This document shows positions 36,876-48,469 of a stretch of 64,000 nucleotides of DNA, one piece after another (within the stretch, counting starts at the first letter, position 1; each line of letters starts with the position of its first letter). Origin of the DNA: Malacoraja senta (Eukaryota); NCBI GenBank assembly GCA_038087875.1, contig JAXLNO010001376.1:1-64000 (forward strand). The letters are read 5' to 3'. The notes beneath the pieces are model-generated. The model was not told the origin of the DNA. It saw only the letters and a list, made by a program, of their open reading frames with translations, and did no database searches. Both the position numbers and the translations under genes were made by a program.

Positions 36876-37301
36876 ACGACTTCCCCAGAAGACGATAATG
36901 AGATTTAAGAAGCTTGAGGATAGGCACGTGGATATGTAGGGACTTGAGGGATATGAATCATGTACAAGCATGAAGAGTTTAGTTTAACTTCACATCATGT
37001 TCGGCACAGACATTGTGGCTCAGCTCTAACCCATTACACCCTTAATGAACAAAAATATATCAATCTCAATCTGGAAATGTTCATGTGGGCAACATATTCA
37101 ACAGATTACAGAATCGAGAACCAGAAGACATAGGTTTAAATTGAGGGGGGGGGGGAAGATTTAATGGGAATCTGATGAGCAATTTCTTCCCACACAATGC
37201 TTCCTTTCTAACTGTTCTGACAATCGTCAAGGCTTGGAGATTACAAACCTACTCGTCCTGAAAGTTTAATCCCATTGTTATCAGATGACAGTAAATATAA
37301 T

Positions 37302-37421
37302 GGCGATTCCCCTGTTGAAATAATAACGTATAAAACAAAAATCCTTGGCTGTGGATTGTTTTGGGAAGTCACATGGATTTTATCATTACTGTATTCCACT
37401 AGCCTTCTTATGTTTCTCCTG
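37302..37421 (+). other. Candidate promoter and leader exon of the MHC class I-like gene
   Basis: GGCGATTCCCC (kappaB/enhancer-A-like, 1 mismatch) at 37302; TATAAAA at 37329; ATG at 37373; 49-nt phase-1 exon MDFIITVFH*PSYVSP ending G|gtaaga, which joins alpha1 in frame; contains TAG at 37400. Confidence 0.35.
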
Positions 37422-38009
37422 GTAAGACTGAAACAGACACTTCTAACTCTCCCTTTGGGGCCCCTTCTCACCTCACTTTGACACTGAACTTTGACACTGT
37501 CTGGTGTGCTGCATGTAAACTTAATCACAGAACAAATACTGCTTATTCATGTAGAAACAAGAAAATGCAGATGCTGGTTAATACACATAAAATGCTGGAG
37601 TAATTCAGCAGGTCAGGCAGTATGTCGGGACAACATGGATAGGTGATGTTTCAGTTTAGACATCAGTTTAGATGTGTAAGAAGGAACTGCAGATGCTGAT
37701 TTAAACCGAAGATAGACACAAAAAGCTGGAGTAACTCAGCGGGACAGGCAGCATCTCTGGAGAGACGAAATGGGTGATGTTTTGGGTCTAGACCCTTCTT
37801 CAGACTGGTGATGCAGATGCTGGTTTACACTGAAGATAGACACAAAAAGCTGGAGTAAATCAGGAAGTCAGGCAGCATCGCTGGAGAAAAGGAATAGATG
37901 GCGTTTCAGGTCAAGGGACTTCTTCAGACAAAGTCGGGGGTATATCTTTTATTAATTTGTTCTATGTACCTTTTCGTATCGCTTGGTTCCCTGTCTCCTG
38001 ATTCTCAGT

Positions 38010-38037
38010 CTGAAGAAGGGTCTCGACCCGAAACGTC
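38010..38037 (+). ncRNA. Minimal hammerhead-ribozyme-like core in a Penelope-derived repeat (best copy of many)
   Basis: CTGAAGA-A-GGGT-CTCG-ACCC-GAAAC-GTC; related copies at about 1349, 3611, 28772, 33287 and 63110 (+) and about 3590, 9480, 13055, 37790, 56665 and 62460 (-). Confidence 0.55.
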
Positions 38038-38537
38038 ACCTTTTCCTTTTCTCCGGAGATGCTGCCTGACCCACTGAGTTACTCCAGTATGTTGTGTCAA
38101 GTTTCAGTTTAGACCCTGTTTATTATAGTCTCCTCCCAGACCAAGTCATACATTGACACCCTCCCACAACCACCCCCCCACCCCCACCCCCCCATCCACC
38201 CCCCCCCCACCCCACCCAAGCCTTGATAGTCGGGACTCACAAGTAAGGTCTTCTTTACACTTACTGCTCCGATTTACAGAATCCCAATGTCCTCATAAGT
38301 CAGAAGTGTCCCATTCCATGCAGAGATTTCCCACCAGATGGGCGTTTCAGGGTTGCAGCTCATAGAGATGGTGCTTATGAGGACCTGGACTCAATCCCGA
38401 TCTATACTACAACCTGTGTGGCATTTTTATTCTCTCCCTTAAACCATGTGTGCTTCCTCTGGTTATTCCAGTTTCTCCCAATATTCCAAAGATGCCCGGG
38501 CTGAGCGGTAAATTGGCCAGTGTGAATTGATCGTACA

Positions 38538-40955
38538 TACTGTGACCTCCATAATGTTTCGGACAAAGACCCATCATTTATTTATTTGCCTCTGTACTCC
38601 ATAATTTGAGATTTGTAATAGAAAAAAATCACATGTGGTTAAAGTGCACATTGTCAGATTTTTAAAAAGGCAATTTTTTAATCATTTTGGTTTCACCATG
38701 TAGAAATTACAGCAGTCAATTTACACAAAATACATAGTCTGCCCCATTTTAGTGCACCATAATGTTTGGGACACAACAATGTCATGTAAATGAAAGTAGT
38801 CATGCTTAGTATTTTGTTGCATATCCTTTGCATGCAATGACTGCTTGAAGTCTGTGATTCATGGACATCGCCAGTTGCTGGGTGTCTTCTCTGGCGATGC
38901 TCTGCCAGGCCTGTATTACAGCCTGTGCTTGTTTTGGGGGCTAGTCCCCTTCAGTTTTCTCTTTGGCATATAAAAGGCATGCTCAGTTGTGTTCAGATCG
39001 GGTGATTGACTTGGCCACTCAAGAATTAACAATTTTTTAGCTTTGAAAAACTCCTTTGTTGCTTTAGGGATCATTGTCTTGCTGTAGTATGAACCGCTGG
39101 GCAATGTGTTTTGAGGCCAATGTGTTTGAACTTGAGCATATAGGATGTGTCTATACACTTCAGAATTCATTATGCTGCTACCATCAGTAGCTGAATGGTC
39201 AACAAAGCTAAGTTAGCCAGTACCTTCAGCAGCCATACATGCCCAGCCCACAACACCCCCACCACCGTGTTTCACAGATGAGGTGGTATGCTTTGGATCT
39301 AGGGCAGTTCCTTCTCTCCTCCATACTTTGCTCTTGCCATCACTCTGATATGTTAATCTTTGTATCATCTGACCAGAAGACCTTTTTCCAGAACTGTGGT
39401 TGCTCTTTTAAGTACTTCTTGGCAAACTGTAACCCGGCCATCCTGTTTTTGCGGCTAAACAGTGGTTTGCATCTTGCAGTGCAGCCTCTGTATTTCTGTT
39501 CATGAAGTCTTCTGCGGACAGTGGTCATTGGCAAATCCACACCTGACTCCTGATGAGTGTTTCTGACCTGTCAGTCCCTTTGCGATTAGTAAAGGATTGG
39601 GGTTTTGTCTTTATTATAGAGAGAAGTCTTCTGTCATCAGCTGTGGAGGTGTTCCTTGGCCTGCCAGTCTCTTTGCGATTAGTAAACTCACAGTGCTCTC
39701 TTTCTTCTTAATGATGTTCCAAACAGTTTGATTTTGGTAAGCCTAAGGTTTGGCTGATGTCTCGAACAGTTTTATTCTTGTTTCTCAGTCTCATAAAGAA
39801 GACAGAGGTGATATTGTTTGGCCCCAATGGCTGCCGTGAACCTCCCCTTGTTGACTTGGGTCCACTGGCACGGTACGTGAAGTCAACAGTTTTGAACCTG
39901 GGTTTTAGGATGGACGGTGATTTTAAACTAGACAAACAAATAGGCGCGGTGCTTAAGTCCAGCTTCTTTCACCTAAGGAAGCTGGCAAAGGTGAAGCCCA
40001 TTCTCGAGCGGCAGCATTTTGAAACAGTAATCCATGCCTTTATTACATCTAGGCTGGATTACTGTAACGCACTCTATTTTGGAGTTGCACAATCTTCACT
40101 GGCTCGTCTCCAGTTGGTTAAAAATGCTGCTGCTCGCCTTTTATCTGGAACTCGAAAGAGGGAGCACATTACGCCAATTCTGGCCTCCCTCCACTGGCTC
40201 CCGGTGCACTTTCGGGTTCATTTTAAAATTCTTTTATTTGTTTTTAAATCTCTAAATGGGCTCGCCCCGCCTTACCTCTCTGAACTGCTCCACCCATACG
40301 CTCCTGCCCGGTGCCTCAGGTCAGCTGATCAGCTGCTCCTGGAGGTACCGAGGTCTAAGCGGAAGCTCAGAGGGGATAGAGCCTTCTCTGTTGCTGCTCC
40401 AGCACTCTAGAACACCTTGCCGTTGCACATCAGACAGGCCCCCTCACTGTCCATCTTCAAAACCAGTATTAAAACACATTTATATTCCTTGGCTTTTGAC
40501 ACTGCTTGAGACTTTGCTCCTGTTTTAAGTGCTTTTAATGTTTTTAATTTTATTGTTTTTACTCTTTCGTTTAATATTTTTATTGTTATGTAATAATTTC
40601 TTGTCCATGATTAGTCATGTACAGCACTTTGTTGCAACTGTGGTTGTTTTTAATGTGCTCTATAAATAAAGTTATTATTATTATAATGGTCTCTTTTACT
40701 TTCATTGGCACAACTCAGGTCCTCCTGTTGATGAACAGCAATAAAAGTTTCCAAAGGTGATTGAAAGACTGGAGGAAAGACTAGATGCTGAGTTCTCTTA
40801 TACCTGCATTAAGGAGGCATTTAAATACCCCTGAGCAATTACATACATCTGCGAAGCCATGTCCCAAACATTATTGTGCCCTGAAATGGGGGGGACTATG
40901 TATAAACACAGCTGTAATTTCTACATGGTGAAACCAAAATGGGCAAAAAATGAAT
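38538..40955 (-). mobile_element. Tc1/mariner transposon, degraded and split by an L2 insertion
   Basis: Left end with cctccataatgttt(c)ggaca and inner direct repeat at about 38755; inverted match at 40860-40955; transposase fragments TVRDISQTLG, TTVRRRLHE, FWKKVFWSDDTK and LEWPSQSPDLNTTE. Confidence 0.9.
39797..40682 (+). mobile_element. L2-clade LINE 3' fragment
   Basis: HAFITSRLDYCNAL, NAAARLL, HITPILASLHWLPV and RAFSVAAPAL* motifs; AATAAA and (tta)n tail; short ataa duplication at the junctions. Confidence 0.9.
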
Positions 40956-42048
40956 ACATAAGTTTAAAATGAGGGGGGAAAGATTTAATAAGAACCAGAG
41001 GCATAGCTGTGGTGGGAGTACTGAATGAACTGCCGGAGAAGGGAGTTCAGGCAGGTACTATCGCAACATTTAAGAAACATTTAATCTGGTACATGGATAG
41101 ATAGGTTTAGAAGGATATGGGCCTCCTCAGACAGCCTTGGAGCCCACGTCAATGGATATTTCTCAGGTGGATATTGACAGATTCTTGATCAGTATGGGTG
41201 TCAAGGGTTATGGGGCGAAAGCAGGGAATGTGGTTGAGAGGGCGAGATAGAGCAGCCATGATTGAATTAGGCCATTCAGCCGTAGGTCCTGATTCCCTGC
41301 TGTATGACTCTTTGACTTTACCTCTCTATGATTTTATAAAATCTCCTTGACGTTGTCCATTTTCTTAATATAATAAAATATTCTTTGAATTTTGGAATAT
41401 TGTAACTAGTAGGCTGTATCGACATGATAGATAATAATAGATCTTTGAAGATGGGAAGCAATCCAATAGGATCATTCAATACCTCGACCACAATTGGTGG
41501 AATAAGTATCAGAGCCCATCTAGCCAACACTTGAAGAAGGCTCAATGGTGCAGCATTAGAGATGCTGCCTTATCGCTCTTACAGCACCAATGCCCAGGTT
41601 GGATCCTGACTACGGGTCCTGTCTGTATGGAGTTTGTACATTCTCCACCTGACCGGGTGGGATTTTCCTGAGATCTTCAGATTCTTCCCACATTCCATGA
41701 CGTACAGGTTTGTAGTTTAATTGACGGCGTAGAATGTAAATTGTCCCTTGTGTGTGTAGGATAGTGTTAGCGTGTGGGGGTTGCTGGTCAGTGTGGACTC
41801 AGTGGCCCGAAGGGCCTGTTTCCATGCTGTATCTCTAAGCTAGAAACTAAACTAAAGGCTCCTGACACAAATTATCACCTGATCATTGATGCTGCCTGCC
41901 CCACTGAGTTCCTCCAGCACTTGCATCTGCAGGTCCTTGTGACTCCCTTATTCAAAGTTCTTGTATTGTTATCAGTTTTAGCATTAATAACTGTTAGTTA
42001 TTTTCAGTGAATGATACAATCATACTTATTTTTGTTTATGCATTGCAG

Positions 42049-42311
42049 ATTTTCACCATCTTGCATTTTACTACCTGTTGAACCATGGATTGAGTGTGCT
42101 GCCTGAGTACAGTATGGTAGCAATGCTGGATGACCTCCAGATAGCATATTTTGACAGCACACTGTTGTGCGGGCTGTTGCCAGACAGCGATGGATGGCCC
42201 AGTCTTTCCCGCAGGATCACTGGGATTCAATGGCCATCACAGTTGCAGGTGTTCATGGGATTGTCAGAGGAAATGCTGAGATAGTCTACCAACAGCAACA
42301 TGGTATCTCGA
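42049..42311 (+). CDS. MHC class I-like alpha1 exon (1-nt deletion near 42161-42170)
   Basis: cattgcag|(D)FHHLAFYYLLNHGLSVLPEYSMVAMLDDLQIAYFDSTL/RAVARQRWMAQSFPQDHWDSMAITVAGVHGIVRGNAEIVYQQQHGIS|gtaagt. Confidence 0.88.
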
Positions 42312-42429
42312 GTAAGTGTCGTGAGCGGACCTGGGGTAGACACCCAGTGATGGCACAAATGGATTTTGTTTTAGTTTTGTTGCTGTCACATGATTCTCTG
42401 ATACACTTTTTTTGCATGTTAGTCAATCA

Positions 42430-42960
42430 CATCAAAGAAAACTATTCATAAATACAATCAAACCAAACTCGTACAATAGGTAGAGCAAAGAGTGCAGAAT
42501 GTAGTTCTCAGCTTTGTAAGGCACCAGTGCCAGAGACAAAGTCCAGTGTCTACAATGGGGTTGAGGTGAACCCTAGCATAAGGGAGGACTGTTCAGAAAC
42601 CTGATAACATAGGGGAGGAAACAGTTACTGAGTCTGGTGGTGCACGCTTTAATGCTTACGTACCTTCTGCAGGAAGAAGAAGGAATGACCAGAGCGGGAT
42701 GAATCTTTGATTATGTTGTCTGCTTTCCTGAGCCAGTTGAAATATAGATGGATTCACTGGTGGGGAATCATGTTTGTGTGATCGACTGTGCTACATCTCC
42801 ACCTCTCTGCAATTTCCAGCGGTCTTGGGCAGAACTCTTTCCAAACTAAGTTGTGATGCAACCTGTCAGTATGCTTTCTATGGCACATTTGTAGAAGTTT
42901 GTAAGAGTCATTGGAGATGCCGCATTTCCTTAGTCTCCTGAGGCAGTAGGTGAACCAGAA
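42430..42960 (-). mobile_element. Degraded Rex1/Babar-like LINE 3' fragment
   Basis: YCLRRLRKCGIS...resembles the Rex1 RT C-terminal YFLRRLRKFG motif; boundaries approximate. Confidence 0.6.
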
Positions 42961-44068
42961 GCTCTCAACCTTTTTCACTTCAGCACCATTGATGCTGTTT
43001 CAGACATTTACTCCATCACATTTTGATAGAGACACGGCCCATCGTCTATATTTAATGTGTCCTAACTGCTGAACACCCATTGATAACAGTTGGCTGGTGA
43101 TAGTCACTTTATGGGTTAAGCATTTGATATTCAACACCAGTAATAAGTGGATGGATTGGATCATCTGTTTTATTGGGCTGGAATGAGGGAGAAACCATTA
43201 GTTTACTTATAGCCTGATCACCTAGAGATGGGACCTTGATTTAAGCTGGTTGATGGTGACTATGATGTATTCCCTCAACAATAAGATTCTGTTAATCCAG
43301 CATTCCCTCAATATTGGCAACAATCCACAGAGGGTGTAGCAATCCCACACAGTGCAACAGCCTTGATGTACTTCCCATCTGCATTGCCTTAACCTTCAGA
43401 CTGACCTGTTGGCTCTGTAGCATTGCCCATCTGACAATGCACTCCTTCCTCTGTTCTTTATGTACGACAGTGCAGAAATCTGAGTTCTACCCTTCTGACA
43501 TAGCAGAACTCCTTTAGTGTTACATCCGCAACAGTAAAGCTTCCCCCCTCAACACTTGAGGTTAGTCCATGCACTCAGTATATAAACCATGGGTCATTGA
43601 GTCTTTGCGTCACACAGCATGGAAACTGGCCCTTCTGCTCACTGAATCCACACTGATCATCCATTGTGCTAAGATGGAGTCACAGCAAACTGCAGATGCT
43701 GCCAATCTGAATTAAAAACAAACAGGAGGAACTCAACGAGTCAGGCAGCATGCTGTGGAAAAATGGACAGAAAACATATGAGACCAGGACCATTTAGAGT
43801 GATGGGGTAGAGTGGAGAAAGCTGGAAAGAAAAGTAGTCTGTGTGGGATAGTGTTAATATGCGGGGATCACTGGTCAGTGCGGACTCGGTGGGCCGAAGG
43901 GCCTCTTTCCGCGCTGTATCTCTGAGCTAAACCTGCTCCTGTGCTGTACAGCTCTATGTTGTGTTCTGTTATGCCTGTTTGTACCATGCTGAGAACTGAT
44001 TTGTAAATTGCCTCTCCCTTCCATCCACTCTCCCCAACACAAATCCTCCACCCCTACCTCAGCCCCAG

Positions 44069-44344
44069 CTGTTTTCTTTGTCCAGGGTTTCTGCGGCTGT
44101 GAAGTGGATAGTGACAATTCCACTGATGGGTTTGTCAGACTGGGTTATGATGGGGAGGATGCCTGTGCTTTTGACAAGGACAGAATGCGCTGGATTGCAC
44201 TACGTCCAGATTTCCAGATGCTAGCAGATCGGTGGAACGTCAACACCTTCATGAACAAGTATTTCAAAGATCTCCTGGAGAAGGACCGTGTGAAATGGCT
44301 GCTGATATATCTGGAGTGTGGACAAGAAGCACTACAGAGGAGAG
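44069..44344 (+). CDS. MHC class I-like alpha2 exon (276 bp, canonical length)
   Basis: ctcagccccag|(T)VFFVQGFCGCEVDSDNSTDGFVRLGYDGEDACAFDKDRMRWIA...LADRWN...LEKDRVKWLLIYLECGQEALQRR|gtacac. Confidence 0.95.
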
Positions 44345-45548
44345 GTACACGACGTACGCACTCTGACTGATGGGCCAGAGGATATCCTCTGGATAGATCA
44401 GGTGGGAAATATCATGCACGTCAGGCTGTCACTTGAGTAATTATTTAGTTTAGTTTAGTGATACAGCTCGGAAACCCACCGACACCGCACCGAGCAGCCA
44501 TGCCCGCACACTAACACTATCCTACACACACTAGGGACAATTTGCATTTATACCAATCCAATTAACCTACAAATTTGTACGTCTTTCGAGTGTGAGGGGA
44601 AACCAAAGATCTCGGATAAAACCCACGCAGGTCACAGGGAGAACGTACAAACTGCGTAAAGACAAGCACCCGTAGTTAGTAACAAACCCAGGTCTCTGGC
44701 GCTGTAAGGCAGTAGTTCCACTGCTTCGCCACCCTGTTCTACAACGTGGGTATCAGTAAATTGTCTGGCAACGTGCCTCTTAGATGGAGCCAGTGGGTAG
44801 GAAGTGCAAGTGAAAGATAAATATTGTACCAGCGTCCTCTATCCACAGTCATATAGATATTCAAGAAATGGAGGGATATGTATCTTGGTCTTATGTTTAG
44901 CATTGACCTTGTGGCCTGAAGGGTCTGTTGCTGTGCTGATCAGAAACCCAATCAGATTCTCTATTTGCCTCTATTACTCCTTGGGATGGTGACATCCAAT
45001 TTCCAACAGTTCTCTGGTTGAAGAACTTCTTTCTCCCATTCCCTCTTGGAATATTTTGTGTTATTATTCAGCAGAGATTCATGAACAAGTAGAAGCAATC
45101 ATGTCTACAGTATCAATCCCAATGGTGAGTTATACTCCTCCATTGGGCCCTGCATTCTCCTTTCATCTGCGCTGTCAGTTCAAGTCTGGAGCTAAGATAA
45201 GGAGCATGTCAGTGATATTAAAACTAAATGTTTTGTTGTTTTGCCAGAAATGCAAAATGAAAAGAGAAAAGGCTGTAAACTTTGTGCAAGATAGAACTGC
45301 AGATGATGGTTTACACCGAAGATAGAAGATGTTGGAGTACCTCAGTGGGTCAGATAGCATCTCTGGGCATTCCTTCTCTCCAGAGATGCTGCCTGACCTG
45401 CTGAGTTATTCCAGCATTTTGGGTCTAGGCTGGAAACTTTGTTCAGCTGGAGAAAAAACTGATTGGGAAAGAGGTGAGTTGCAGTGATCTTACAATTGAA
45501 GGCTTTTGTTCATGTCTTCACTGATTCTGACGCTTCCTACACTTGCAG

Positions 45549-45821
45549 AAACCCCTGAGGTGTTTATTGGGATTAAACGTGATGAGTCACAATCACTGAG
45601 ACTCTCCTGCCTTGTCACAGGCTTCTACCCACGGGGCATCGATGTAACGTGGCTGAGAGATGGTGAGGGAGACCACGAGTCTGAATCCAGTGATCTGTTG
45701 CCCAATTGGGATGGGACTTACCAGCTGAAGAATACAATTCAACTGAGTAGAGAAGATGTGGCAAAATTCTCCTGTTACATCGAACATGCAACTCTGCTGC
45801 AGGGAGTCAATGTTCCACAGG
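45549..45821 (+). CDS. MHC class I-like alpha3 exon (273 bp, intact C1-set Ig)
   Basis: acttgcag|(E)TPEVFI...LSCLVTGFYPRGIDVTWLRDG...LPNWDGTYQLK...FSCYIEHATL|gtaagt. Confidence 0.97.
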
Positions 45822-46784
45822 GTAAGTGGCAAGTCAATGAGGCTGATCACTTGAGACAATAAACCTCCTGGACTGAGATAACAGCCTCAACACACTCTTA
45901 ACTAAACTGTGCATTTAGATTTTAGACTTTAGAGATATGGTGCAGATACAGGCCCCACAGCTCACTGAGTCCTCGCTGAACAGTGATCATCCCGTACATT
46001 TACACTAACCAACACACTGGGGACAATTTACAATTTTACCTAAGCCAAGTAACCTTCAAGCCTGTATGCCTTTGGAGTGTGGGAGGAAACCGGAGCACCC
46101 GGAGAAAACCCACGCAGTCACAGGGAGAACATACAATGTCCTTGCAGACAGCACCTGTAGTCAGGATCAAACCCAGGTCTCTGGTGCAGTAAGGCAGCAG
46201 CTCTACCGCTACGCCACTGTGCCACCCATTATTAATTTGTGGTTATCTAATTGCCCAGAATTATTGATAGTCAATGGAATGTGGTTTTACTTTAAGAGAT
46301 ACAGCGCAGAAACCGGCCCTTTGGCCCACGAGTCTGCGTCAACCAGCGATCCCTGCACACTTACATTATCTTACTTATTAGGGGACAATTTACAATTATA
46401 CCAAGCCAATTAACCTACAAACCTGTATGTCTTTGGACTGAGGGAGGAAACCGGAGATCCAGGGTAAAACCCACGCAAGTCCCGGGGAGAAGGTACAAAC
46501 CTCTGTACAGACGGGACCCGTAGTCAGAATTGAACCGGGTCTCTGGCGCTGTAAGGCAGCAGTTCCACCGAGTGGGCAAAGCAGAGCCAAATGTAATACA
46601 GTGTAGCAAGTGTCTGGTTTTACATTTTGGCAGTCGGAATAAAGACATAGACTATTTAATAAATGGGGAGAGAATTCAGAAATCTGAGCTACAAAGTGGG
46701 AGTACTAGTGCAGGATTCCCAAATAGTTCATTTGCAGATTGAGTCAGTGGTAAGTAAGGCAAATGCAATGCCAGCATTCATTTA

Positions 46785-47675
46785 ACCATATAACCATATA
46801 ACAATTACAGCACGGAAACAGGCCATCTCGACCCTTCTAGTCCGTGCCGAACAGGTATTCTCCCCTAGTCCCATATACCTGCGCTCAGACCATAACCCTC
46901 CATTCCTTTCCCGTCCATATAACTATCCAATTTATTTTTAAATGATAAAAACGAACCTGCCTCCACCACCTTCACTGGAAGCTCATTCCACACAGCCACC
47001 ACTCTCTGAGTAAAGAAGTTCCCCCTCATGTTACCCCTAAACTTCTGTCCCTTAATTCGGGGGGACTAGAAGTTTAGGGGGGACATTTTGGGGGGACTAG
47101 AAGATAAAAACAATGATATAATGCTGAGGATTTATCGGGCACTGGTGAGGATACATTTGAAATATTGTGAGCAGTTTTGGGCTCCATATTAGAAAGGATG
47201 TGCTGGCTTTGGAGAGGGTCCAGAGGAAGTGTGTCCTGGGGATGATTGATTTAACGTATGAGGAATGTTTGAAGTCTCTGTGCCTGCGCTCGTGGGATTT
47301 AGAAGGATGAGGGGGGAATCTCTGAAACATACCAGTTAATGAAAGTCCCAGTTAGTGGATGTGGATAGGATGTTTTCAGTAATGGGAGAGTCTAGCACAG
47401 CCTCACAATAAAAATACGTACTTTCAAAATGGAGATGAGGAGGAATTTCATTAGTCACAGGGTGGTGAATCTGTGGAATTCATTGATACAGACAGCTGTG
47501 TGGGTCAAGTCATTGCATATTTTAAAGCAGAGAATGATAGGTTCTTGATTAATATGGCTGCCAAAGGTTACAGGGAAAAGGCTGGAGAATGGGATTCAGA
47601 GGTAAAAATAGATCTGCCATGACTGAATGGTGGAGTAGACTCAATGGACTGAAAGGCCTACTTCTGCTCCAATGG
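46785..47675. mobile_element. Two oppositely oriented CR1 3' fragments (46785-47060 minus, 47090-47675 plus)
   Basis: (taaccata) tail on the left fragment; LRIYRALVR...YCEQFWAP-like on the right fragment. Confidence 0.75.
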
Positions 47676-47974
47676 TAAAAAATATTCTTATGTCACCCTT
47701 AACTCACAGATCCAAATGTAGGAAGCAAGATAGGCTGATCCTGGCCAAGGTCTCTTATCTTATTTCTTGGGCATCTAGCTAATTTTTTTATAGTAGCTAG
47801 TTGCACAAAAGGCCAATAGTGGTCCCACATCCAACCCCATTATCAGTCTGAAGTAGCAGCACCTGTTCTGTAGCTGACTTATTTGTTCCAGTCAAAACCT
47901 CTGCAAATATCTTCACACCAGGGCCAAGCTGACATGGTTAAAATTGCTGGTCACTACAAATAGACAGTAGTGTT

Positions 47975-48120
47975 AATGTCTGAGTGTGCCTATGTGTGTG
48001 TGTGTGCGCGCGCGTGTGTGTTTGTGTGTGTGTGTGTTTGTGTGCGCTCATGTGTGTGAGACAGAGAGAGGGGGAGAGGGAGGGAGGGAGGGAGAGAAAG
48101 AGAGTGTGTGTGTGTGTGAG
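47975..48120. repeat. Compound (TG)n/(GA)n microsatellite
   Basis: Directly visible. Confidence 0.95.
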
Positions 48121-48469
48121 AATATCAAACTCTCAGATATTGAAATATCAGCAAAGTTTAAAACCTTTGAAGTTTTATCAACTATAAGTGGGTTCACTTT
48201 TATTTGCTAAAATAACAATGGTCAACATAAGAAAATAGCCTTGTTGACCTCTACACTGCATATAGTCATCTATTTCTGACATATGCTTGATTCTTTAAAT
48301 TCATAATTAAATGCTGCAGATAAAATCTCAACGCTAATATGAACTTCAAAGATTTTTCATTGATCTATTTAAACATCCATCGTCTGGACAATTACATAAA
48401 TCTAAGACTTTGTTATTTTTATTTAGATGTGAACAATGCTAGTTTAATGTAGATAATAAAATCATTACA

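Noticed and set aside
37241-37528. 95-aa minus ORF as a possible SUN first exon (TRRNIRRLVEYSND)
   Set aside because: Only vague resemblance to the SUN2 N-terminus and no convincing donor; plus-strand promoter/leader signals fit better
41318-41545. 75-aa minus ORF in AT-rich sequence
   Set aside because: No motif I can identify; possibly an old LINE remnant but unsupported
41930-42010. Hydrophobic stretch LFKVLVLLSVLALIT as the MHC leader
   Set aside because: No ATG, the available donor is phase 0 rather than 1, and the intron would be only about 55 bp
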